64,000 nt of DNA from Haplodiscus bocki (Eukaryota). The stretch covers positions 16,368,001 through 16,432,000 of the forward strand of contig OZ296657.1 of NCBI GenBank assembly GCA_965655095.1, written 5' to 3'. Each line of letters begins with the position of its first letter. Position 1 is the first letter of the stretch. The notes below the pieces were generated by a model. It saw nothing but the letters and a program-made list of their open reading frames with translations. It did no database searches and was not told the DNA's origin. Made by a program: the position numbers and the translations under genes. Below are positions 1-14,169 of this stretch, one piece after another.

Positions 1-2822
1 CTCTGAATCGCAATGAATGATCGTGGAAAGTTTCCAATCCTAACGTTAAAATTCTGAAAAAGCAATTAATGATCGTGAAAAATTTTCCATCTTGATGCGA
101 TTTTCTTGACTGGCAACGAATGATCTTTAAAAGATTTCTATTCCGAACAGAAGTTTCTCTATCGCAAGGAGTGATTGTGAAGAGATTTCTTTCTTGACCT
201 GATTTTTCTGAATCGCAAGGAAAGTTCGGGACATGGTTTCCACTTTAATGTGGTGTCTCTGATTCGCTATCAAAGATCGTGAAAACCTCTCCATCCTGAT
301 TTGATTTTTCTGAATCGCAATGTATGATCGTGAAAAGATCTCTATATTGAACAAATTTTTTTCAGTCTAAATGGACGATCGTGACAAACTTTGGATCTTG
401 AGTTGGTTTTTCCTAATGGCAATGACTGATCGTGACAAGATATGCATCTTAACGTTTCATTTCCTAATCGCAAAATTAATCGTGGAAAGATGTCTTTCCC
501 GGCGTGATATTTCTGAATTGCTAAGACTGATCGTGAGAAGACTTCCATCTTGACTCGGTTTTTCCTAATCGCAATGAAAGAAGGTGAAAACATCTCCGTC
601 TTGACGTGACGTTTCTGAATCGCAACGAAGGATGCTGAAAAGATTTGTAATTTGAACAATTTTCTCTAAATCTCAAGGGACAATCGTGACAAGATTTACA
701 TTTTGACTTGGTATTTCTTAATCGCAACGAACGATCGTGCGGAGGTTTGCTTCTTGACGTGGTTTTTCCTTACTGCCGAAAAATTATCGTGTATAGATTT
801 CCATCCTTACGTTATTTTTCTCAATCGCAATGAGTGATCGTGAAAAGCTCTCTGTCTTGACCAGAAGTGTCTCTATCGCAAGGAGTGATCGTTAAGAGAT
901 ATCAGAGATATCAGTCTCGATCTGATCTTTTTGAATCGCAAGAAAAGGTCATGACAAGAATTCCACTTTGACGTGGTGTTTCTGAATCACAGTCAAAGAT
1001 CGTGAAAAGATGTCCATCGTGATGTGATTTTTCTGACTCGCAACGAATGATCCAGACAAGATTTGCAACTTGACCTGGTATTTCCTAATCGCAATGAATG
1101 AGCATGACAAGATTTGCATTTTGACATGGTATTTAGTACCGGCAATGAATGATCGTGTAAAGATTTGCAACTTGACCTGGTTTTTCCTAATCGCTATGAA
1201 TGATCGTGACAAGATTTGCAACTTGACATGGTATATCCTTATTATAATGACTAATAGCGACAGGATTTGCGTCTTGACGTGATAATTCCTAATCGGAAAA
1301 AAATGATTGTGCAAAGATTTCCATCATGACGTGAAGTTTCTGAGCCGCAACGAATGATCCTGAAAAAGATCTCTATCTTGAACAAAAATTTCTAATTCTC
1401 AATGAACGATCGTGACAAGATTTGAACTTTGAGGTGGTATTTCTTAATGGCATTGAATGATAGTGACAATATTTGCGTGTCTTGACGTGGTACTTCTTAA
1501 TCGCATTGAACGATCGTGACAATATTTGCTTCTTGAACTGGTTTTTCTTAACAGCCGAAATATTTTTGTGGAAGGATTTCCATCCTAACGTGATTTCTCT
1601 GAATCGCAATGATTGATCGTGGAAAGTTTCCAATCCTAACGTTAAAATTCTGAAAAAGCAATTAATGATCGTGAAAAATTTTCCATCTTGATGCGATTTT
1701 CTTGACTGGCAACGAATGATCTTTAAAAGATTTCTATTCCGAACAGAAGTTTCTCTATCGCAAGGAGTGATTGTGAAGAGATTTCTTTCTTGACCTGATT
1801 TTTCTGAATCGCAAGGAAAGTTCGGGACATGGTTTCCACTTTAATGTGGTGTCTCTGATTCGCTATCAAAGATCGTGAAAACCTCTCCATCCTGATTTGA
1901 TTTTTCTGAATCGCAATGTATGATCGTGAAAAGATCTCTATATTGAACAAATTTTTTTCAGTCTAAATGGACGATCGTGCCAAAATTTGCATCTTGAGTT
2001 GGTTGTTCCCATTGGCAATGATTGATCGTGACAAGATATGCATCTTAACGTTTCATTTCCTAATCGCAAAATTAATCGTGGAAAGATGTCTTTCCCGGCG
2101 TGATATTTCTGAATTGCTAAGACTGATCGTGAGAAGACTTCCATCTTGACTCGGTTTTTCCTAATCGCAATGAAAGAAGGTGAAAACATCTCCGTCTTGA
2201 CGTGACGTTTCTGAATCGCAACGAAGGATGCTGAAAAGATTTGTAATTTGAACAATTTTCTCTAAATCTCAAGGGACAATCGTGACAAGATTTACATTTT
2301 GACTTGGTATTTCTTAATCGCAACGAACGATCGTGCGGAGGTTTGCTTCTTGACGTGGTTTTTCCTTACTGCCGAAAAATTATCGTGTATAGATTTCCAT
2401 CCTTACGTTATTTTTCTCAATCGCAATGAGTGATCGTGAAAAGCTCTCTGTCTTGACCAGAAGTGTCTCTATCGCAAGGAGTGATCGTTAAGAGATATCA
2501 GAGATATCAGTCTCGATCTGATCTTTTTGAATCGCAAGAAAAGGTCATGACAAGAATTCCACTTTGACGTGGTGTTTCTGAATCACAGTCAAAGATCGTG
2601 AAAAGATGTCCATCGTGATGTGATTTTTCTGACTCGCAACGAATGATCCAGACAAGATTTGCAACTTGACCTGGTATTTCCTAATCGCAATGAATGAGCA
2701 TGACAAGATTTGCATTTTGACATGGTATTTAGTACCGGCAATGAATGATCGTGTAAAGATTTGCAACTTGACCTGGTTTTTCCTAATCGCTATGAATGAT
2801 CGTGACAAGATTTGCAACTTGA
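1..2822 (+). repeat. HOR domain 1: 1,596-bp higher-order repeat (~31 monomers), one full copy plus a partial copy
   Basis: Position 1 (ctctgaatcgcaatg) recurs at 1597. ORF pairs 127/1723, 342/1938 and 521/2117 are offset by exactly 1,596. A 9-bp duplication (agagatatc x2) is shared at 895-912 and 2491-2508. Identity ends at ~1226/2822. Confidence 0.95.
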
Positions 2823-5800
2823 GATGGTATTTCCAGTTCGCAAAGTTTGAACATGAGAACATTTCCATCATGACGTGACTTTTTATGAATCGCAAAAAAA
2901 GATCGTTGAACAATTTCAATCATGACGTGATTTTTGGCAAATGCAACGATTAAGCCAGAAAATATTTCAGACTTCACGTTATAATTCTGAATCTCAATGA
3001 ATGATTGTGAAAAAATTTCAATCTCGACGAGGTATTTCATAATCGCAGTCAAACATTGTGGAAAAGTTTCCATCCTGACATGATTTTTCTTAATCGCAAC
3101 GAATGATCGTGACAAGATTTGCAACCTGACGTGGTATTTTCCAATCGCATTGAATGATCGTGCCAAGATTTGCAACTTGACCTGGTTTTTCCTAATCGCA
3201 ATGAATGATCGTGACAAGATTTGCAACTTGACGTAGTATTTCTCAATGGCAATGACTAATCTTGACAAGATTTGCAACTTGACGTGGTATTTCTGAATAT
3301 TAATGATTGATCCTGACAAGGAGTACCCGCAATGAACGATTGTGTAAAGATTTCCATCTTGACATGATTTTTCTGAGTCGCAATGAATGATCGTGACAAG
3401 ATTTGCAACTCAACCTGGTTTTTATTAATCGCAATGAATGGTCGTGACAAGATTTGCTTCCTGATGGGGTTTTTCTTAATCGCAAAAAATGATCGTAGAA
3501 AGAATTCCATCCTCACATGTTTTTCTGAAGTGCAACGATTGATCGTGACAAGAACATCATCACGACGTGGTATTTCCTAATTGCAAAAAATGATCGTGGA
3601 AGAAGTTCCAACATGGTGTGCACTTTTTGAGTCGCAATGAATGATCGTTAAAAGCTTCCAAGCTTCGGGTGATAATTCTGAAAAGCAAAGAATGATCGTG
3701 AGTAGACATCTTTTCTGGATCAGAAATTTCTCTATCGCAAGGAGTGTTCGTGAAGATTTTTCTATTTTGACCTGTTTTGTCTGAATCGCTGGGAATGATC
3801 CAGACAAGATTTCAATCTTTGACGTTGTTTTTCTTAAGCGCATTGATTGATCGTGAAAACATTTCCATCCCGACGTTATTTTTCGGGATCGCAATGAATG
3901 ATCATGACAAGATGTGGGACTTTGCGTGGTATTGTTTAATCGCGAAGAATGATTGTGAAAAGATTTCTATTTTGACCACAATTTTCTAAATCTCAATGAA
4001 CGTGTTTGACAAGATTTCCACCTTGACGTGGTATTTCCTTATCACAATTGGCGATGGTGAAAACTTCTTCATCTTCACGTGATTTTTTTGAATCGCAATG
4101 ACTGACCGTGAAAACATTTCCAACTTGACGTGGTGTTTCATAATTGCAATGAAAGATGGTGGAAAAATTTCCGACCTGACATGACTTTTCTGAATCGAGG
4201 GCAAGGGCCTTGAAAAAATTTTTACCTTGAGCAAACTTTTCTACATCTCAATGAAGGATCGTGACAAGATTTGCATTCTGACGTGGTATTTCCTTATCGC
4301 AAAGACTAATATTGCCAGGGTTTGCGTCTTGACGTGATATTTCCTATCTGCATAAAAAGATTGTGGAAAGATTTCCATCCTGACGTGTTTCTTGTGAATT
4401 GCAACGATTGATCGTGAAAAGATCTCTATCTTGAACGAAAAATTCTAAATCTCAATGAACGATCGTGACAAGATTTAAACTTTGAGGTGATATTTCTTAT
4501 TGGCAAAGAATGATAGTGACAATACTTGCGTCTGGACGTCGTATTTCCTAATCGCAAACACAAATTGTGGAAAAAAATTTCTTCCTGGCGTGTTTTCTCC
4601 GGATTACAATGATTGATTGTGAAAAGATTTCCATCATGACTTGTTGTTTCTAATCGTAATTAATTATCATGAAAACGTTTCCATCCTGACGTGTTTTTTT
4701 TCCGAAATGTATTGAAAGATCGTTGAAAAATTTCAATCATGACGTGATTTTTTTGGAATGCAGTGAACGATCGTGAAAAGTTTTCCATCTTGACGTGGTT
4801 TTTCCTAATCGAAATGAAAGATGGTGAAAACACCTTTGTCCTGGAGGAATTTTTCTGAGTCGCAACGAAGGATGCTGAAAAGATTTCTATCTTGAACAAA
4901 TTCTTCTTCATCTCAAGGAACAATCGTGACAAAACTTGCTTTTTGACGTGGTATTTCTTAATCGCAATGAACGATCGTGACAAGATTTGCATCCTGACGT
5001 GGTATTTTTTATCACAATGACTGACAGTGACAAGATTTGCGTCTTTACGTGGTAATTCCCAATCGCGAAAAAATTATTGTGCAAAGATTTCCATAAGGAC
5101 GTGAAGTTCCTGAAACGCAATGAAAGATCGTAAAAAGATCTCTAGATTGAACAGACTTTTCTAAATTTCAATGGACAATCGTGACAAGGTTCGCATCTTG
5201 AGGTGGTATTTCCCAATGGCAGGGAAGGATAGTGACAAGATCTGGGTCTTGAAGTGGTTTTTACTAGTCGCAAAAAATGAATGTGGAAAGATTTCCATCC
5301 TGAGGTGACTTCTATGAGTTGCAACGATTGGTCAGGAAAAGTTTTCCATCTTGACTTGGTATTGTTTAATTGGAATGATTGATAGTGAAAATGTTTCCAT
5401 CCTGACGTGCTATTTCTGGTTCAAAATGAACGATCGTGAAAAATAATTCTATGCAGACGTGACTTTTCTGAATCGCAATGAATGACCGTGAAAAAATTTC
5501 CAACTTGACGTGGTTTTTCATAATCGCAATGAAAGATGGTGGAAACATTTCCAACCTGACATGACTTTTCTGACTCGCGAGCAAGGATCTTGAAAATATT
5601 TTTATCTTGAGCAAACTTTTCTACATCTCAATGAAGGACCGTGAAAACATTTGCTTCTTGACGTGTTTTTTCTTAATTGCAATCAAAAATCGTTAAAACG
5701 TTTCCATCCTGAAGTGGCTTTTCCTGAACCCCAAGGGATGATTGTGACAAGATCTGCAACTTGACAGGGTATTTCCAGTTCGCAACGTATGAACATGAGA

Positions 5801-6455
5801 ACAATTCCATCACCACGTGACCTTTTATGAATCGCAATCAAAGATCGTTGAACGATTTCAATCATGACGTGATTTTTCGGAAATGCAACGAATAAGCATG
5901 AAAAGATCTCAGACTTCACGTTATAATTCTGAATCTCAATGAATGACCGTGAAAAGATTTCAATCTCGACGTAGTATTTCTCAATCGCAGTCAAACATTG
6001 TGGAAATGTTTCCATCCTGATATGATTTTTCTGAATCGCAACGAATGATCGTGAGAAGATTTGCAACTTGACGTGGTATTTCCTAATCGCAATGAATGAT
6101 CATGACAAGATTTGCATTTTGACATGGTTTTTAGTACCCGCAATGAATGATCGTGTAAGGATTTCCATCTTGACATGATTTTTCTGAGTCGCAATGAATA
6201 ACCGTGACAAGATTTGCAACTTGACCTGGTTTTTCCTAATCGCAATGAATGATCGTGACAAGGTTTGCAACTTGACATGGTATATCCTTATCGCAATGAC
6301 TAATAGCGACAGGATTTGCGTCTTGACGTGATATTTCCTAATCTTAAAATATGATTAAGCAAAGATTTCCATTATGACGTGAAGTTTCTGAGCCGCAATG
6401 AATGATCATGAAAAAGATATCTATCTTGAACAAAATTTTCTAAATCTAAATGAAC
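2823..6455 (+). repeat. Older, more diverged mosaic of the monomer strings later amplified in domain 2
   Basis: Contains diverged copies of strings found downstream: 5142-5324 vs 7444-7626, 3577-3894 vs 15113-15430, and 3986-4234 vs 8589-8837. There is also internal similarity between ~2820-3130 and ~5760-6070. Confidence 0.75.
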
Positions 6456-9400
6456 GATCGTGACAAGATTTGAACTTTGAGGTGGTATTTCTTAATGGCA
6501 ATGAATGATGGTTACAATATTTGCGTCTTGACGTGGTTTTTCTTAATCACAAACAAAAATCGTGGGAAAAACTTTCTTCCTGGCGTGTTTTCTCTGGATT
6601 ACAATGATTGATTGTGAGAAGATATCCATCTTGACTTGTTATTTCTAATCGTAATGAAGGATCATGAAAACGTTTCCATCCTGACGTGTTTTTTTCCGAA
6701 ATGTATTGAAAGATCGTTAGAAGAGTTCGATCATTACGTGAATTTTCTGCAATGCAGTGAATGATCGTGAAAAGATTCCAGTCTTCACGTTATAAAATCT
6801 GAATCGCAATGAAAGATCGTGAAAAGATTTGCATTTTGACGTGGTATTTCTTAATCGCAAACAAAAAACGTGGAAGAAACTTTCTTTCTGGCGTGTTTTC
6901 TCTGAATTACAATGATTGATTGCGAAAAAATTTCCATCTTGACTTGATATTTCTTAATCGCAATGAATGATCGTGAAAATGTTTCCACCCTGACGTGACT
7001 TTTCCGAATTGGCTTGAAAGATCGTTGAAAGATTTCAATCATGACGTGAATTTTTTGGAATGCAGTGAATGATCGTGAAAGATTTTCCATCGTGAGGTGG
7101 TTTTTTTTAATCGCAATGAAAGATGGTGAAAACATCTTCGTCTTGAAGTAATTTTTTTGAGTCGCAACGAAGGATGCTGAAAAGATTTCTATCTTGAACA
7201 AATTTTTCTTCACCTCAAGGAACAATCGTGACAAAATTTGCTTTTTGACGTGGTATTTCTTAATCGCAATTAACGATCGTGACAAGATTTGCATCCTGAC
7301 GTGGTATTTTTTATCACAATGACTGACAGTGACAAGATTTGCGTCTTTACGTGGTAATTCCCAATCGCGAAAAAATGATTGTACAAAGATTTCCATAAGG
7401 ACGTGAAGTTCCTGAAACGCAATGAAAGATCGTAAAAAGATCTCTAGATTGAACAGACTTTTCTAAATTTCAATGGACAATCGTGACAAGGTTCGCATCT
7501 TGAGGTGGTATTTCCCAATGGCAGGGAAGGATAGTGACAAGATCTGGGTCTTGAAGGGGTTTTTACTAGTCGCAATAAATGAATGTGGAAAGATTTCCAT
7601 CCTGAGGTGACTTCTATGAAATGCAACGATTGATCAGGAAAAGTTTTCCATCTTGACTTGGTATTTCTTAATCGGAATGAATGATAGTAAAAATGTTTCC
7701 ATCCTGACGTGCTATTTCTGGTTCAAAATGAATGATCGTGAAAAACAAATCCATGCAGACGTAACTTTTCTGAATCGCAATGAATGATCATTGAAAGGTT
7801 TCCATATTGAGGTGATGTTATTTAAAGTTATTGAATGATCGCGAAAAAACTTTGCGACTTGACCTGGTATTTCCTAATCGCAATGAATGAGCATGACAAG
7901 ATTTGCATTTTGACATGGTATTTAGTACCGGCAATGAATGATCGTGTAAAGATTTCCATCTTGACATGATTTTTCTGAGTCGCAATGAATGATCGTGACA
8001 AGATTTGCAACTCAACCTGGTTTTTATTATTCGCAATGAATGGTCGTGACAAGATTTGCTTCCTGATGGGGTTTTTCTTAATCGCAAAAAATGATCGTAG
8101 AAAGAATTCCATCCTCACATGTTTTTCTGAAGTGCAATGATTGATCGTGACAAGAACTTCATCACGACGTGGTATTTCCTAATTGCAAAAAATGATCGTG
8201 GAAGAAGTTCCAACATGGTGTGCACTTTTTGAGTCGCAATGAATGATCGCTAAAAGCTTCCAAGCTTCGGGTGATAATTCAGAAAATGCAAAGAATGATC
8301 GTGAGTAGACATCTTTTCTGGATCAGAAATTTCTCTATCGCAAAGAGTGTTCATGAAGATTTTTCTATCTTGACCTGTTTTGTCTGAATCTCTGGGAATG
8401 ATCCAGACAAGATTTCAATCTTTGACGTTGTTTTTCTTAAGCGCATTGATTGATCGTGAAAACATTTCCATCCCGACGTTATTTTTCGGGATCGCAATGA
8501 ATGATAATGACAAGATGTGGGACTTGGCGTGGTATTGTTTAATCGCGAAGAATGATTGTGAAAAGATTTCTATTTTGACCACAATTTGCTAAATCTCAAT
8601 GAACGTTTTTGACAAGATTTCCACCTTGACGTGGTATTTCCTTATCACAATTAGCGATGGTGAAAACTTTTTCATCTTCACGTGATTTTTTTGAATCGCA
8701 ATGACTGACCGTGAAAACATTTCCAACTTGACGTGGTTTTCCATAATTGCAATGAAAGATGGTGGAAAAATTTCCGACCTGACGTGACTTTTCTGAATCG
8801 AGGGCAACGGCCTTGAAAAAATTTCTACCTTGAGCAAATTTTTCTACATCTCAATGAAGGATCGTGACAAGATTTGAACTTTGAGGTGGTATTTCTTAAT
8901 GGCAATGAATGATGGTTACAATATTTGCGTCTTGACGGGGTTTTTCTGAGTCGCAATGAATAACCGTGACAAGATTTGCAACTTGACCTGGTTTTTCCTA
9001 ATCGCAATGAATGATCGTGACAAGGTTTGCAACTTGACATGGTATATCCTTATCGCAATGACTAATAGCGACAGGATTTGCGTCTTGACGTGATATTTCC
9101 TAATCTTAAAATATGATTAAGCAAAGATTTCCATTATGACGTGAAGTTTCTGAGCCGCAATGAATGATCATGAAAAAGATATCTATCTTGAACAAAATTT
9201 TCTAAATCTAAATGAACGATCGTGACAAGATTTGAACTTTGACGTGGTTTTTCTTAATCGCAAACAAAAATCGTGGGAAAAACTTTCTTCCTGGCGTGTT
9301 TTCTCTGGATTACAATGATTGATTGTGAGAAGATATCCATCTTGACTTGTTATTTCTAATCGTAATGAAGGATCATGAAAACGTTTCCATCCTGACGTGT

Positions 9401-12400
9401 TTTTTTCCGAAATGTATTGAAAGATCGTTAGAAGAGTTCGGTCATTACGTGAATTTTCTGCAATGCAGTGAATGATCGTGAAAAGATTCCAGTCTTCACG
9501 TTATAAAATCTGAATCGCAATGAAAGATCGTGAAAAGATTTGCATTTTGACGTGGTATTTCTTAATCGCAAACAAAAAACGTGGAAGAAACTTTCTTTCT
9601 GGCGTGTTTTCTCTGAATTACAATGATTGATTGCGAAAAAATTTCCATCTTGACTTGATATTTCTTAATCGCAATGAATGATCGTGAAAATGTTTCCACC
9701 CTGACGTGATTTTTCCGAATTGGCTTGAAAGATCGTTGAAAGATTTCAATCATGACGTGAATTTTTTGGAATGCAGTGAATGATCGTGAAAGATTTTCCA
9801 TCGTGAGGTGGTTTTTTTTAATCGCAATGAAAGATGCTGAAAACATCTTCGTCTTGAAGTAATTTTTCTGAGTCACAACGAAGGATGCTGAAAAGATTTC
9901 TATCTTGAACAAGTTTTTCTTCATCTCAAGGAACAATCGTGACAAAATTTGCTTTTTGACGTGGTACTTCTTAATCGCAATTAACGATCGTGACAAGAAT
10001 TGCATCCTGACGTGGTATTTTTTATCACAATGACTGACAGTGACAAGATTTGCGTCTTTACGTGGTAATTCCCAATCGCGGAAAAATGATTGTACAAAGA
10101 TTTCCATAAGGACGTGAAGTTCCTGAAACGCAATGAAAGATCGTAAAAAGATCTCTAGATTGAACAGACTTTTCTAAATTTCAATGGACAATCGTGACAA
10201 GGTTCGCATCTTGATGTGGTATTTCCCAATGGCAGGGAAGGATATTGACAAGATCTGGGTCTTGAAGGGGTTTTTACTAGTCGCAATAAATGAATGTGGA
10301 AAGATTTCCATCCTGAGGTGACTTCTATGAAATGCAACGATTGATCAGGAAAAGTTTTCCATCTTGACTTGGTATTTCTTAATCGGAATGAATGATAGTA
10401 AAAATGTTTCCATCCTGACGTGCTATTTCTGGTTCAAAATGAATGATCGTGAAAAACAAATCCATGCAGACGTAACTTTTCTGAATCGCAATGAATGATC
10501 ATTGAAGGATTTCCATATTGAGGTGATGTTAATTAAAGTTATTGAATGATCGCGAAAAAACTTTGCGACTTGACCTGGTATTTCCTAATCGCAATGAATG
10601 AGCATGACAAGATTTGCATTTTGACATGGTATTTAGTACCGGCAATGAATGATCGTGTAACGATTTCCATCTTGACATGATTTTTCTGAGTCGCAATGAA
10701 TGATCGTGACAAGATTTGCAACTCAACCTGGTTTTTATTATTCGCAATGAATGGTCGTGACAAGATTTGCTTCCTGATGGGGTTTTTCTTAATCGCAAAA
10801 AATGATCGTAGAAAGAATTCCATCCTCACATGTTTTTCTGAAGTGCAATGATTGATCGTGACAAGAACTTCATCACGACGTGGTATTTCCTAATTGCAAA
10901 AAATGATCGTGGAAGAAGTTCCAACATGGTGTGCACTTTTTGAGTCGCAATGAATGATCGCTAAAAGCTTCCAAGCTTCGGGTGATAATTCAGAAAATGC
11001 AAAGAATGATCGTGAGTAGACATCTTTTCTGGATCAGAAATTTCTCTATCGCAAAGAGTGTTCATGAAGATTTTTCTATCTTGACCTGTTTTGTCTGAAT
11101 CTCTGGGAATGATCCAGACAAGATTTCAATCTTTGACGTTGTTTTTCTTAAGCGCATTGATTGATCGTGAAAACATTTCCATCCCGACGTTATTTTTCGG
11201 GATCGCAATGAATGATAATGACAAGATGTGGGACTTGGCGTGGTATTGTTTAATCGCGAAGAATGATTGTGAAAAGATTTCTATTTTGACCACAATTTGC
11301 TAAATCTCAATGAACGTTTTTGACAAGATTTCCACCTTGACGTGGTATTTCCTTATCACAATTAGCGATGGTGAAAACTTTTTCATCTTCACGTGATTTT
11401 TTTGAATCGCAATGACTGACCGTGAAAACATTTCCAACTTGACGTGGTTTTCCATAATTGCAATGAAAGATGGTGGAAAAATTTCCGACCTGACATGACT
11501 TTTCTGAATCGAGGGCAAGGGCCTTGAAAAAATTTCTACCTTGAGCAAATTTTTCTACATCTCAATGAAGGATCGTGACATGATTTGAACTTTGAGGTGG
11601 TATTTCTTAATGACAATGAATGATGGTTACAATATTTGCGTCTTGACGTGGTTTTTCTTAATCGCAAACAAAAATCGTGGGAAAAACTTTCTTCCTGGCG
11701 TGTTTTCTCTGGATTACAATGATTGATTGTGAGAAGATATCCATCTTGACTTGTTATTTCTAATCGTAATGAAGGATCATGAAAACGTTTCCATCCTGAC
11801 GTGTTTTTTTCCGAAATGTATTGAAAGATCGTTAGAAGAGTTCGATCATTACGTGAATTTTCTGCAATGCAGTGAATGATCGTGAAAAGATTCCAGTCTT
11901 CACGTTATAAATCTGAATCGCAATGAAAGATCGTGAAACGATTTGCATTTTGACGTGCTATTTCTTAATCGCAAACAAAAAACGTGGAAGAAACTTTCTT
12001 TCTGGCGTGTTTTCTCTGAATTACAATGATTGATTGCGAAAAAATTTCCATCTTGACTTGATATTTCTTAATTGCAATGAATGATCGTGAAAATGTTTCC
12101 AACCTGACGTGATTTTTCCGAATTGGCTTGAAAGATCGTTGAAAGATTTCAATCATGACGTGAATTTTTTGGAATGCAGTGAATGATCGTGAAAGATTTT
12201 CCATCGTGAGGTGGTTTTTTTTAATCGCAATGAAAGATGGTGAAAACATCTTCGTCTTGAAGTAATTTTTCTGAGTCGCAACGAAGGATGCTGAAAAGAT
12301 TTCTATCTTGAACAAATTTTTCTTCATCTCAAGGAACAATCGTGACAAAATTTGCTTTTTGACGTGGTATTTCTTAATCGCAATTAAGGATCGTGACAAG

Positions 12401-13980
12401 ATTTGCATCCTGACGTGGTATTTTTTATCACAATGACTGACAGTGACAAGATTTGCGTCTTTACGTGGTAATTCCCAATCGCGAAAAAATGATTGTGCAA
12501 AGATTTCCATAAGGACGTGAAGTTCCTGAAACGCAATGAAAGATCGTAAAAAGATCTCTAGATTGAACAGACTTTTCTAAATTTCAATGGACAATCGTGA
12601 CAAGGTTCGCATCTTGAGGTGGTATTTCCCAATGGCAGGGAAGGATAGTGACAAGATCTGGGTCTTGAAGGGGTTTTTACTAGTCGCAATAAATGAATGT
12701 GGAAAGATTTCCATCCTGAGGTGACTTCTATGAAATGCAACGATTGATCAGGAAAAGTTTTCCATCTTGACTTGGTATTTCTTAATCGGAATGAATGATA
12801 GTAAAAATGTTTCCATCCTGACGTGCTATTTCTGGTTCAAAATGAATGATCGTGAAAAACAAATCCATGCAGACGTAACTTTTCTGAATCGCAATGAATG
12901 ATCATTGAAAGGTTTCCATATTGAGGTGATGTTAATTAAAGTTATTGAATGATCGCGAAAAAACTTTGCGACTTGACCTGGTATTTCCTAATCGCAATGA
13001 ATGAGCATGACAAGATTTGCATTTTGACATGGTATTTAGTACCGGCAATGAATGATCGTGTAAAGATTTCCATCTTGACATGATTTTTCTGAGTCGCAAT
13101 GAATGATCGTGACAAGATTTGCAACTCAACCTGGTTTTTATTATTCGCAATGAATGGTCGTGACAAGATTTGCTTCCTGATGGGGTTTTTCTTAATCGCA
13201 AAAAATGATCGTAGAAAGAATTCCATCCTCACATGTTTTTCTGAAGTGCAATGATTGATCGTGACAAGAACTTCATCACGACGTGGTATTTCCTAATTGC
13301 AAAAAATGATCGTGGAAGAAGTTCCAACATGGTGTGCACTTTTTGAGTCGCAATGAATGATCGCTAAAAGCTTCCAAGCTTCGGGTGATAATTCAGAAAA
13401 TGCAAAGAATGATCGTGAGTAGACATCTTTTCTGGATCAGAAATTTCTCTATCGCAAAGAGTGTTCATGAAGATTTTTCTATCTTGACCTGTTTTGTCTG
13501 AATCTCTGGGAATGATCCAGACAAGATTTCAATCTTTGACGTTGTTTTTCTTAAGCGCATTGATTGATCGTGAAAACATTTCCATCCCGACGTTATTTTT
13601 CGGGATCGCAATGAATGATAATGACAAGATGTGGGACTTGGCGTGGTATTGTTTAATCGCGAAGAATGATTGTGAAAAGATTTCTATTTTGACCACAATT
13701 TGCTAAATCTCAATGAACGTTTTTGACAAGATTTTCACCTTGACGTGGTATTTCCTTATCACAATTAGCGATGGTGAAAACTTTTTCATCTTCACGTGAT
13801 TTTTTTGAATCGCAATGACTGACCGTGAAAACATTTCCAACTTGACGTGGTTTTCCATAATTGCAATGAAAGATGGTGGAAAAATTTCCGACCTGACATG
13901 ACTTTTCTGAATCGAGGGCAAGGGCCTTGAAAAAATTTCTACCTTGAGCAAACTTTTCTACATCTCAATGAAGGATCGTG
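6456..13980 (+). repeat. HOR domain 2a: ~2,403-bp HOR (~47 monomers), about 3 copies, with a ~308-bp (6-monomer) net insertion at ~8935-9240
   Basis: ORF triplets 6851/9562/11965, 7444/10155/12558, 7828/10539/12942 and 8589/11300/13703 give offsets of 2,711 then 2,403. At ~8940 the sequence jumps back to the string at ~6181 (tttctgagtcgcaatgaataaccgtgac). Confidence 0.92.
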
Positions 13981-14169
13981 ACAAGATTTGCATTCTGACG
14001 TGGTATTTCTTTATCGCAAAGACTAATATTGCCAGGGTTTGCGTCTTGACGTGATATTTCCTATCTGCATAAAAAGATTGTGGAAAGATTTCCATCCTGA
14101 CGTGTTTCTTCTGAATTGCAACGGTTGATCGTGAAAAGATCTCTATCTTGAACGAAATTTTCTAAACCT

